A program made the position numbers and the translations under genes. Below are positions 51,666 to 64,000 of a stretch of 64,000 nucleotides of DNA, one piece after another. This DNA comes from Chrysomallon squamiferum (Eukaryota > Animalia > Mollusca). Within the stretch, counting starts at the first letter, position 1. Each line of letters begins with the position of its first letter. The stretch is taken from contig CM022671.1 in assembly GCA_012295275.1 (NCBI GenBank), forward strand, positions 28,582,001 through 28,646,000, in the 5' to 3' direction. The notes under the pieces are model-generated. The model did no database searches and was not told the DNA's origin. It was given only the letters and a program-made list of their open reading frames with translations.

Positions 51666-53622
51666 CCTTGATAATCGGCGTCCACTAAACAAACTTGAGG
51701 AGTATATTCGTCAATCTTGTTACTCTTTCTGTCCATCGATAGAAATGAGACAGAATTACCGATTCCTCCAGTTTTATTCATCCTCTCGCGAATCCGATAA
51801 TTCTGTAGGAACAAACTTTCCGTGCAGGAGATACGTAAATTTCCACATTCAACGATTTCCTGGAAATTTTCCATCAAGGTGAAGGACGGCAAGCAAGTCT
51901 ATGCAATTTCGTAACAGGTAACGGAAAACACTGGACAATGATTGTTTCTACCAATTCCCGCTCCCGGCATTCATGGCGAGTTAAGACCCCCCCAAGACAA
52001 ATTAATGTCAGACACGCTTGTGATGTGATTTATTTCGTTACAGGCTATACTGCATCTACTCTAAGTGACACTTAAGTTACTTAATTTGTAATGGTCAAAC
52101 TTAAAAATATGCATAATTATTTATAATAATAATAATAATTATTATTATTATTATTTCTTTGTAGTAATTATTCGTTATATATATATATAAAAATAATAAT
52201 AATAAAATTAAATTAAAATTAGTAAAAATAAGAAGAAAGATAAACGATAAAAGAAATAATATTTAAAATAAAATAAAGAAAGAACAGTCTTTACAAGCCT
52301 AAAATTAAAAATAATAAATAAATTAATGATGCTTTTTGCTTGCTATATTTTTATTATTAAATTACAACTATAACCCGATTTTTATCGATATGAATATGAT
52401 TTTAAATAAAACAATAAAAAGTTTAAAATAGACGAAACTTTAATTGAAAATAATAATAATAATGATAATAAATAGGATTTAACTATAGGGAAAAAAAGGA
52501 GAGTACTACTACTACTACTTCTAATAATAATAATAAATAAATAAATATATATAATAAAACAAATTTGAAAAGCACGAAAAGTACAAAATGAAAAAATGAA
52601 ACAAATTCGTATTTGTTTTCTTTTGAAGTTACATAAAATGTTATCTTTACAACAAACACGAGAGACAGACAGACAGAGAGAGATTTAGAACGTATTCATA
52701 TATGGGAAAACGCATATGTATGTGGTTTTATTACAGTCAGAAACAAAATGGAAATACATTTGTTAAACTAGTGTTTCTTTATTATTATACTAAAATGTTT
52801 TATGTATTTATTTTTATTATATCGTATCTACAAATTTTATTATACCCTTTTTTATTTATTTTTTATATATATGTTTTTATTCATTATTCTTTATTATTAC
52901 AATTTTTGTTAGTAGTAGTAGTATCATTATTTATTTATTTATTTATTTACGATTATTATTATTATTTATTATTATTTATTTTAAATCATTAGTGTCACGA
53001 CTATTCAGCCTGTCAGCTTTGATACTGACCTGCTCCAATGCAAAGAAGACTTAAATTACGTCATCAGTCTGTTTTTGTTTTGTACTAATGTTCTGCAGTA
53101 ATTGCCCTAACACTAAATTTATAATTAGTAAGACCACCAGCAATAGTCGTTACGTAATATTCTGGAATCATACTAAACCTCTAAATATGTATGTATGTAT
53201 GTGTTTGACGCACGCATTTTCGTACAAATACGCATATGTATGTAAATATGTACGCTTATATTATGTAAGTTTTTGCATGTGCATGTATTTATATATTAGT
53301 AAGTAATTATATTTATATATCACATAGTTAAACTTTTCAGTTAACTCAGACACTCCTTTAGTTAGTCCTAAGGTCGCGGAATTTTATTTTTGCTTTTGTT
53401 AACGTCGTCGTTGTTATTAATGCTGTTTGTGAAAGCTTGCACAAGCCGAACGTCAGATTACACAGCGTTGAACACTCCCGAAAACCAAGGTCGCGCTTTG
53501 ATAAAATAATAAAATAATTTAAAACAGCTTATACCATGAATCATGTTATCTTAGGTCCAAACTCCTCATAAATATGAGTACACTAATCGAACTGAAATCC
53601 TGTATTTTATTACCGACATTTT

Positions 53623-53656
<34 letters not shown>

Positions 53657-56600
53657 GTACGTATGTATCCGTTACATTGCGAAATGCCGTTTCCTAGAAA
53701 CACGAAAAATAATACAGAACATCGTAAACAGGAATATCTGACGTATATTTTGATGTGTCACTGCACGCTAAATATGTTTTCATCCAGTAAATAGACTTTA
53801 TTATTATTATTATTATTAGTTTAATTACGTTAATTGAAATTTGAAATTAAATATTTATTAATGTATATTACAAGCAATGAAAAATAAATAAAAATTTTTT
53901 TTTCACGATAAGTATGGATGCTTTAAGAATAGGGTCTCAGGTACATAGATAGATACATAGACTGATAGATAGACAGATAGATAGATACACAGATACAGAT
54001 ATACATAGATTTATAAGATAGATACATAGATAGAGAGGTAAGTATGTATGTACGTACATACATATTCATACAAAGATAGAGAGAGAGAGATATGAGATGA
54101 TATTCTGTGAACATACACATAAACATACAGATTTGTATACACACACATACATTAAATCATACTAAATATTTATTATAATAATTTTGTATTGGTGTATGCG
54201 AGAATCACTGATCAGTCGCAAAGCAAGTTTTGATGCTACGAAACAAAACCTATTCATAACTGAAATGGTGCTACCCTCCTGTACAATCCAGGATCCGCCC
54301 CTGACTGATATTTGCGCTGTTAGGCTATTTATTCCAGCACATGATCAGCAAAAACCTAAAACAAAGAGAAAAATCTGTCAGTAACAGCTTGTGAATATGT
54401 GTAGATTTTTTTATGGGCGTGTGAGTGGGCATCTTGTGAATATAATTAAAAATAATAATAAAAAAAAAAAAATAATAATTTTATAAATACGATATTTTAC
54501 GTATATATTCAGAGATATTTATTTATATATTTATTTTAATTTTTTTTTTTCTTCTTAAGGTGATATTCATGTTACAAATGATTTTTACTTTGGAAAATAA
54601 AGTTAATGGAGTACCTTTAAAAACCAAACTAAAATTACATCACACAACTTAGTTATGACAAATCTTTGTTATTGGATAAAGAAGTTATATAAATCGTTAG
54701 TATGAAAAGAAAATTGAGCATGTAATAATTGATAGTTTCGCAACATCTGACCAAAGGCAAACTTATTATGGCAAGAGAGAGTGTATATCTGTATGTGTAT
54801 GCTTATGTTTGGACGTGCGTATGTGTCTGTGTTTGTATCTGTATGTGCATGCGTGTACGTGTATGTGTTTCTGTGTTCTTACTGATGGACGTAAGAATGA
54901 AAGCAAGGCATTGTTATCGATATTTTTAAAAAAAATAAACAAAATGCTTTGTACGCCAAAAATTCCGACTTTGTTATTAATCCAGATATTATTATTATTA
55001 TTTTAGTGTAGTTTAGTTTTGAATGTGTCGTTTGGTATTCGATCGTTATATTTGTGGTGTGTATGAAATTCAGTTCAAATTACAAACAAGCCAGCTGAGT
55101 AAACGGTCAAATATGTAACAAATAAAAGGAATGCAACATATGTTTTGATGTTTACACAGTACAGAGATGACTATATTGGAGTAAACATGGAATGTCATTC
55201 GCTCTACTCAGTAAACGAATGGAAGAAGGAAAACGTTCTTCTTTTTAAACTGAAAGAGTGTGTATGTGTGTGTGTGTGTGAGAGAGAATGAGAGAGAGAG
55301 AGAGAAGCTTATTGATCCATTTGATGACTGATATTTTTACTCAGTTATAAAAACAGAAATATGAGATCTATCGAACATATTTTTTTTAGTTCTTCACAAT
55401 AATGCACATTAAAAATACTTACTTTCATTGTATTTTAATAATAAATTATAGTTATTTTTGTTTTTGTTGTTTTTAATTGTTATTAATGTGTTGTTGTTGT
55501 GTTTTGTTGTCTAGTGATGTTTTTGGAAATTAGATTATGTCTAATTCTAATTACCTTAATTTAAGGGACTTTATGTATTGATGTCGAAATGAAGCTTATA
55601 AAAACACTAACTTAAAAAAATTAAAAAAATAATAAGTCGATCAATACCTGTTTTGATAATGTTTAGAAAGATAAGAATAATGCCATTAAAAAAGTTTAAA
55701 TAAATAAATAAATAATAATACTGTTAAATAATGTAATGACTGATTCGCTTAAAAATAACTGAAACATTCTGTATTGGAAATATATCGAAAAATTAACTAG
55801 GACCCAAATGTTTATGAAGCTGATGTCTAGAACAATGACTTCATTGAATTAACTGAAATTTAAAAAAAAAAAAAAAATTAAAAACAAATGTGGAACATTC
55901 ATTGATTTACTTATACCCGACTCAGTAAAGGTTCTGGCCCAAAGGTAGATTCGTTTTGTGTAACCTAACCGTTTTTGAATAGCCTTAGGTACTTTGTTCA
56001 GGTATTTTGTTCAGCGAGTACATATTCTTACGTACAGGGTCAAAAGAACACTGAGTATGGTTCGTGACCAGATCTTTTAACATCCGATTTTGTCAGCAAT
56101 TTTTTAACAGAAAGAAAGAAGAAGAACCAACGAAAGAAATAATAAAAAAAGAAAATGAAATAGGTTTAGATATTTGAAATAGTGATGAACAAGGGTTAAG
56201 ACAGTTCAAGACCCAGCTATTAAAGATCCGATATTGTGAGTATTTTGTAATAGAAAGAAAAAATGAAATAACGAAAAGTAAGGAATAAAAAAAGATAGAA
56301 AGAAAGAAAGAAAGAAAGAAACATTTGGTATGCTGACGTTCAAGATGTCGAGTTATTAAAATTATTTTTTATCTCGAACTTGTCTGGTTTGATCATTTCA
56401 TGTAGACATTGTTCGTTACGCTTTTACAAGGGATTAAACGAGTATTGGTGTAGGTCACGCTGATCTCTCGTATTAACACTTACTAAACAAAGAATATTGT
56501 TTTCAGTTTTGTACGAGTAACATAAAACAACATATCTAGAGCCCTAAGTCTCTCCGAAAACATAACTAATTTTTGAAAGTTATGTAATGCAATGGCGACC

Positions 56601-57455
56601 TCAGAATGCATTTTTTCCTTTTTTTCAGTGTTTAGTGAATACATTTATTTATTTATTTATTTACTATTATTATAAAATAATATTTAAAAATATATATATA
56701 TATATTTCAGTATACATTTATTTATTTATTTATTTATTGTTGTTGTTTCATATATATATAGCGTTTGTTTTTGAAAGATTTTGGAAAAACGGGTGGATAT
56801 GTATAATATATATCCCATCACAAACTCTTAATCACTGATCTCTTTTCACGCATGTTTCCGAGTGTTTTAAATGTACTGAAATAATCACGGAAATAACTGC
56901 TGTTTTATTCGAAAGAACCATTAAAATGATAACAAACCAGCGAAGCACAGATATAAGAGTAAACTCGTGAATAATTACATTTGCATATAATTACACCCAC
57001 CCACACACAAACATACACACACCAAAAGAATTGATCAACGCCATCTTTTACAAAATAAAAAAGTAAATAAAAAAATAAAAATTACTGAAAATAAATAATG
57101 AAATTTGCTGGAAACTAACTTACGAATTACGGATTAGAATTACACACAATAAAATAAAATACATAGTGAGACTTCTTATTAACCAGTCATTCAAATTATC
57201 AGTGAACTACTTAGTCATAAAATATTAGAAAGTGAAGATTCAAACACGTCTGTCTAGGATTCTGGGTTGACTTCGGGTGTTAGTAATAGTGTGTTAGAAG
57301 ATTAAAGACGAGGAATGACATAAATCTTCTATCCCGGATATCGCTGCGTAAATGTCAGTAACCGTAAATAATCAAAGTATTACTCAACCGCGAGAGACAT
57401 CTGTCTTTAATGAGACAAACATACGTAATTATTTCTGTCCGAAAAAAATAAGAAT

Positions 57456-57598
57456 AATAAAATAAAATAAAATAAAATAAAATAAAAATAAAAATAAAAA
57501 TAAAACAAATAAAAATAAAAATAAAAATAAAAATAAAAATAAAAATAAAAATAAAAATAAAAATAAAAATAAAAATAAAAATAAAAAATAAAAATAAA
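57456..57598. repeat. (AAAAT)n/(AAAAAT)n simple repeat
   Basis: Direct reading. Confidence 0.92.
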
Positions 57599-58118
57599 TT
57601 ACAAACAGACCAGATTGCGCAACTTCCTGCACGAGAGTAAACTGTTTCTGAAACAGGAGTTAAATATCGATGGAAACAAAACGTACACGTAAAGGATATC
57701 AGGAAGCTTCACAGTAACAAGTTTTTTTTGGACTATGAACTTTTCCGTGATTAAAACGATTTGTGACCTACAAAAGCCAATTTACTGTGATATACACCAC
57801 TGCTGTAACTGATACTTTGTCATGACAAAGTGGAATTTGAAGTCCTTTAAAATGTTTTAAAAAATCATAAAAAACTGTCACTAAACACATTGTATAATTA
57901 CTCATATTAAGCCTATATGTTAAAAATCACCTTCTCTGAGTTCATTTTGGTCATTATATTGATGTTTATACCAGATTAACGTGAGCGAAGAATATATCGG
58001 AATTAAAACTAATACTACTGTATATGCTTGTTTTGTTGTTTAAAATACGTTATTTATGTGTTTTAATACGATTTCTGAATAACTATTACATAAATCATGT
58101 AATAAATCATGATCATGA

Positions 58119-58170
<52 letters not shown>

Positions 58171-58559
58171 GTGAACTGTCTTTGGCGGTTTTAAAGTTAA
58201 TAAAAGTAATTTAACAGCAATAATAATTATGATATTAACAAGATTTTAACACCACTGGAACAAGATTACATTAATATATATATAAGTTATAACTCTTCAA
58301 ACTGTGATGTAATTTTAAAATTTTATTGTTATTGTTGTTGTTTGAAGTAATCTCTTCGTTTAGGATTTTTGCTTCTGTCAGCTAAAGCTACGAATGCAGT
58401 CACACACGTGTTAATGATAACATCCATAATGCTTTAGCACTTTATTGTTAATTCTAACCGTTCGTGTTGTTTCGAACGACTGGTATTTTGTGCCAGGGTA
58501 AGCGTAACATTCAGAAAAACCGGCTTGTTGTTAAGAGACGTCTGGCAGATGGTCATGGG

Positions 58560-58670
58560 GAAGTGGTGGCTAATTACGTAAGTGATCGATATCTAGCCTC
58601 CAACCAATCACAGGCATGGCATGGGGGCGGGATTGACAGCTTTGAATTGAGGGGAAAAAGGCCAATGAAA
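58560..58670. promoter_or_regulatory. Promoter-like motif cluster (CCAAT boxes, GC box, PBX/MEIS-like site)
   Basis: AACCAATCA at about 58602, GGGGCGGG at about 58624, GATTGACAG at about 58631, GGCCAATG at about 58660 and TTACGTAA at about 58573, all within about 100 bp. Confidence 0.45.
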
Positions 58671-59167
58671 GGAAAAGGAACTGAAAAAGTAAAAAAAAAA
58701 AAAAAGAAAAAGGTGAGAAAATTCAAAACAGAAAAAAGATATCTATTATTATAAATATAGCAACAACAAAAATAAAATTCGAGATTTCAAAACAAATCGA
58801 AACTATAACAAAAAAAAAAAAAAAAAAATAAATAAAACATAGAAAATAAAATAAAATAATAATAATTACAAAATAAAATTAACGTGTGTGTGTGTGTGTG
58901 TGTCTATTGCCGCATGAACATACGCACAAAATTTACTTTCCAGCTACCCAAAAATATTTGGCAGATACATTCCATTTGGCAAATTCTCAGTATGAAATGT
59001 GAAGAAATGACACTCTGGCCAAATATCACTGACGCACATGCTTATTTCACAGCATTACTCCGTTGTAACAACTCTTCACGTACCCTTGGGCGCCTGTCTG
59101 TGGTAACGGAAAGTTTTGTTTTTTTCTCTCTCCTATACAAGAAATAAAGGAAATACACGCGACTGGC

Positions 59168-59183
59168 GCGCCTCCTAGTGGCC
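59168..59183 (-). promoter_or_regulatory. CTCF-binding motif
   Basis: The reverse complement GGCCACTAGGAGGCGC closely fits the CTCF core GGCCACYAGRKGGCGC (one mismatch). It is conspicuous in a very AT-rich background. Confidence 0.6.
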
Positions 59184-59484
59184 GATTACAGCCCTGACCA
59201 ATGCAGAATGAGGTGAACGTAATCGCTAAACGATTTTTTTTTTTTTTTTTTGTCGAAGGTCAAATTCCAGTCCTATACAGTGGCCAGGTGTTAACAGTTA
59301 AGAGGATTTTCTCAATTTGTAGGTGCTAACTAACATGGCCGCTAAACGGAAAGATAATACTCTTCTAAATGTTGAAAATGTTTTTATTATGTTAAAGTCA
59401 ATTGTTCTTTGTATTGTAAACCAAATGTTTTCTTTTATGCATCGAATACCTGTACAAAAATACAAAATAAATTATATATACGTG

Positions 59485-59523
<39 letters not shown>

Positions 59524-60442
59524 GACAAGAAGGAAAGAATAGGCAACGAATAAATGTAGCTTATACATATAACAGAAATCTATCACCTATATAAACCTTT
59601 TTATTCCTCTGATCTATAAATTGGGCTATCAATACAAAAACAAAAAAGTAAAGATACTTTAAGACATTATTTTCAGGTCTGCAGTAAAAAATTGTGCAAG
59701 CAAGAAAATAAGGACGGTTTGATGGATAATTATTATTATTATTATATTTTATTATGTAAAAAGTAAATTAAACTATAAATAAAGAAGGAATGAAACAAAA
59801 CAAACCAAGTGCAAAATGTTACACAAATGTATGTTCTCAAGCTTGTCTAGTTTTAAAGCTGCTAATTGTTTTAATCTTCCTAACCCAGATCTTTACTCAA
59901 CAAAGGGAACAACAAAAAACAACAACAAAACAACACCGTCGTCAACTGCAATACAAGAGATAAAAAACAAAAATAAAGAAAACAGAAACTAAAAAAAAAA
60001 AAAAAAACAAAAAAACAAAATAATAAAAATAACAATAAAGAAAGAAAGAAAGAAAGAAAAAAAAAAAAAAAAAAAACGATACAAAAAAGAAAAGAAAAAG
60101 AAACGAAACAAAGAACAAAAACTGACAAACAAGGGAGAGAAACGAAAATCTTCATCCGTAATGCGTAGTTAACCTATGTTTAATCTACAAATGGTTTTAT
60201 TCCGACAGGCGGGTTTTATCTAATTGCGAGGTCGCACAGACACAACACGTGCTTGGTCACAGATGAAACCTGGCTTATTTTTCCTTCCAGACTCTTTATC
60301 GAAAGCCACGATGCATGCTTTTGCACGGGCAGTTAAAAACAACATATGCGGCAGATGCGTTTATTGTGTATCGTTTAACAAAATTATGAATGATAATTTT
60401 AAAATGTGCTGACGAAATAGTCATTTGTTCGAAATTATTACG

Positions 60443-60489
<47 letters not shown>

Positions 60490-60847
60490 TAAGTTGAAGA
60501 AGTTTCTGATTTAGGAATCATAAAAGTATTCTTTTTATATTTTTAAATTTATTTACACAGAGGGTACAAATTTTCAGAAGTACACGGATAATTCTTAATC
60601 TAAGGGAAGCAACCCATGGAATCGATCTTCGGGAAAATTTGTTCGAATTTGAAAGGATAAGTTTATTTAAATTTGTTCGATTTTAATTTAGTTCATTTGA
60701 TAATACTTCAATGGCACATATTTAATTTATTCTATAAAATAATTTTTACTAGAAATAAATGACACATACAACTTTCTTAAGCGACCAGATGAAACGTGAG
60801 AGAAAAAAACAAAGAAGAAGGACATTTTTTAAAACATATATTAATTG

Positions 60848-60879
<32 letters not shown>

Positions 60880-61399
60880 AAATAAAAAATTAAATAAATA
60901 GAATAACAACAGCATAATGAATAGACAATAATAATTTTTAAATAGATAAATAATCTATTAAAAAATTAAATAAATGTAAATAATACGATTAAAAAAACCC
61001 AACAACAAACAACCTCTAACCAAAAAGCACAATAAAACAAAACTAGGTTCCTGTAAACAGAGCATGGTAACAAAATAATGCTCGTTTTAAAGATGTGGAT
61101 TAAATGAAACTTTGGTAATGTTTAATATTCGAGACTTGCTTTGGAAGTAATATTTCACTGTATCAGATAGTTTTATGAGGATCTAATACGAATTTGACAG
61201 ACATGTCAAATCGGAGTTATTAGAATAAAAATTACTTCCCCTTGTTTGTAGCGATTGATTTCCAAGATTAAGTTCTGTCAAGAGTTATGTCTCTTACTAT
61301 ATCCAAGGCAACCTACTTTTATATAGGAAGAAATGTTTCATTTAATACAGGAATGGAAAACCGTGACGTTTATCCAAAACAGAAAATAACACTCTTCAC

Positions 61400-61552
61400 T
61401 GACATACATTCATACATACATACATACATACGTACGTACGTACATACATATATACATATATACATACACATACACACACACACACATTTACATACATACA
61501 TAAATACATATATATATATATCTACACAAACACACACACACACGCACACACA
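61400..61552. repeat. Compound (TACA)n/(CA)n/(TA)n simple repeat
   Basis: Direct reading; similar tracts lie near 53940-54150, 62060-62190 and 63380-63580. Confidence 0.85.
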
Positions 61553-63172
61553 AAATAAAATAAAATGAAATGAATTATTGATCTTCCTTTCACGATCACA
61601 CAAACGTGTGTGTTTTCGTGAAAGGAATATCAATAATTCATTTCATTTTATTTTATTAATAAAACTTATAATAACCACAGTTATATTTATTAAAAGGATC
61701 TCATTTTTTTCGTAATACATCATAAAGATATTTATTATTTCATTTTATTTTATTTTATTTTATTTTTTTATTTATTTATTATTATTTTTTTTTCATGATA
61801 TATTTTATTTTTATTTTCACACGACCTCGAACATATGTAAACAAAGTATTCTGTTACGTCGGAAGAAAATATTAAAGATAACGAGGCCGATGATAATGTG
61901 ATATCAATGATTTAAATTTTCAAAATTTCGATTCATATTCTTTCAGTATCCGTATAACTGATTATAAATCATTATAAATTCATTAACAATAGTCATTAAA
62001 AACTATACGTTAATTCTTAACTTGAAGCGAATTGTCATCTATTTTCACGTCATTATGTGAACACACACACACAACACACTCACACATACATACATGCATG
62101 CATACATACATACATACATACATACACAAGTTCATACACACATATAGATAGATAGATAAATAGATAGACCGATAGATAGACCGACCCACAGACAGGTAAA
62201 TATATTACAATTTTATTTTAGTTAGATCATAATGTCTATTGTATTAACTACAGTCATTTGGATATGAGTCATTTGGTAAACATATGTATTTTTTGTTATA
62301 TGTTACCGTCATTTCACTCAGTTAACACTGTTCAGTATCTTGTTTTAATTTCTCTGTCAATATTTTGTACCTTTTGATATTATGTGAAGACCAGTGTCTT
62401 GTGAATACGGTTCCTCATCACTCCAGGAACATTTTTTTAAATTTTATTTTCGTTTTGTTTGAATCATAGATACATTATGAATTCTTTACATCTTTTACTG
62501 TTAAAAATAAACAAAATCTTCTCTTACTTTTACTGACATTAATTTATATGTTTTAGCAGTAAGTAAAATCCATTTTGTTCTTAAAATGATATCGCGTCAT
62601 TTGCTCAAAATTTACTTTTTTTCTCCTGTTATATAACACCATAATTTCACTCTGTATTTTACTATTAATAATAAATTGTATCATATTTTACTTTCAGTCC
62701 CAGTTATATATATATATGTGTGTTTATTTATTGATTTTAACTGTAAGTGAGAAAAAAATTGTCATCTGAACTCGATTTCTGTTTTCTTTTCTTTTCTTCT
62801 TCTTTTTATTTTTTTCAAAATATAAAATTACATATCATCATAATATATCTTTTATTATTATTCGCAAAAATCAATATCTTATTTTATTCCCACTGACCCG
62901 AACACGCCCACCATGTAAAAAAAACCTTTTGTCCTGTGATTATTGTTTTCTCGGCATTCACTGGATGCTTTACAGGTTTGATATCGATGTTAAAACAAAT
63001 CTGTATTGTACATCTCCTCCGAGCGGCAGGCAGGCTGTCCCGGGTTACTGGTAAACAAAAGCGTCTGCTACGTTTTAGCAGACGAAGAAGTGGGACATAT
63101 GAAATGAGGCAGACAGACAGAGAGAGACAGAGAGAGAGCGATAAGCGTCGGATGTAAATAAAGCATGCGAAT

Positions 63173-63227
63173 ATGGATAGTTTAATTATCATTACGTTTT
63201 GGACATTTTTGCTGTCGTTGTTGACAG
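63173..63227 (+). CDS. Probable first coding exon (signal peptide) of a secreted or membrane protein gene continuing beyond the window
   Basis: AATATGG start context (A at -3, G at +4). Encodes MDSLIIITFWTFLLSLLT, then ACAG|GTATGT, a phase-1 donor. A short hydrophobic peptide ending at a phase-1 intron is the typical signal-peptide exon layout. A GC-richer leader region lies at 62890-63170. Confidence 0.6.
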
Positions 63228-64000
63228 GTATGTTTTGAGTATACATTATTTATTTATTTATTTAATTTTTTGATCATCATTATTTTTTTTTTTCCCCTCT
63301 TCTTTTCTTGAATCATATCTAATGATTTTAGATTTATTTTAGAAGATTATTGTCAGTATTTATGTACTCAAATACAAACATACATCTATACACATACATA
63401 CGTTTATACATTTATACATACACTCATACGTAGGTAATACAAATATTTATACATATACATACATACGCGCATACATACATACTTACGTGCATCCATACAA
63501 ACTTCTGCATACACATATAGACATACATTCATACACAGAATACATACATACCAAAGACACACAAACATACAAACATACAAAATAGGTCAGTTTTATGATC
63601 AGACAGTTCAATGTATTTTCAGTTATTTTATCTCATCCTAAATAAATTTTTATATATATATATATGCTGAATTAATATATTAATAAGGTCCAAAAAACAG
63701 GTAGACAGATGATCTATTATTTGTGTTTACGACACAATTTATGTTGGTATTATACATATTCTTGTGACGGTTTTGTGGATATTTCCTTAATACAATGTTT
63801 AAAAAATATAATAATGAAACAAACATAAACCATACCAGCCTTAAAACCCTCACTTTAAAAAAAAAAACAGAAAAAAACAAACACATTTTGTCAGTAAAAA
63901 CGTGATCATTTCCACTGAAGCGAGACAAACAAACAGAACTAAAAAGAAGAAGAAAAAAAAAAAAAAAAAAAAAAAACTATCATTAATATTTTAAAACCAA

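Noticed and set aside
51464-51892. 142-aa minus-strand ORF as a standalone gene, or as a -1 frameshift partner of the decarboxylase
   Set aside because: Its 3' third is low-complexity intron sequence past the donor at 51608, and I found no canonical X XXY YYZ slippery site in the overlap. It is kept only as the overlapping uORF finding.
62884-63246. 120-aa minus-strand and 73-aa plus-strand ORFs
   Set aside because: They run through simple repeats and a GC-richer leader and show no domain. The signal-peptide exon at 63173-63227 explains the region better.

Overview
AT-rich, microsatellite-rich genomic DNA from a metazoan with spliceosomal GT-AG introns. An invertebrate, plausibly a mollusc, is inferred from composition and repeats, not proven. 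All gene models were built by hand from splice sites and reading frame. Well-supported genes, left to right: TUSC2 (+, 3 coding exons), a single-exon 18-finger C2H2 zinc-finger gene (+), CAPZA (-, 10 exons) head-to-head with NICN1 (+, 7 core exons), and a CSAD/aspartate-1-decarboxylase-type PLP decarboxylase (-, 4 coding exons). The first 17 kb looks like the 5' intronic region of an unidentified minus-strand gene with candidate alternative first exons. A signal-peptide exon of an unidentified plus-strand gene starts near the right edge. Repeats include a TA-flanked pogo/Tigger-like MITE, two minisatellites and many microsatellites. The most interesting leads are: (1) an out-of-frame upstream ORF that overlaps the decarboxylase start codon and stops 2 nt before a second in-frame ATG; (2) frame-preserving micro/cassette exons in the long NICN1 introns; (3) a recurring AAGGGAnnYAACTCT motif at both divergent promoters; (4) two ERE-like palindromes with an identical spacer; (5) a sharp CpG-density boundary near 48-50 kb. 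No prokaryotic-type system, CRISPR array, tRNA or rRNA was seen. All homology calls come from recognising the sequences, not from database searches.
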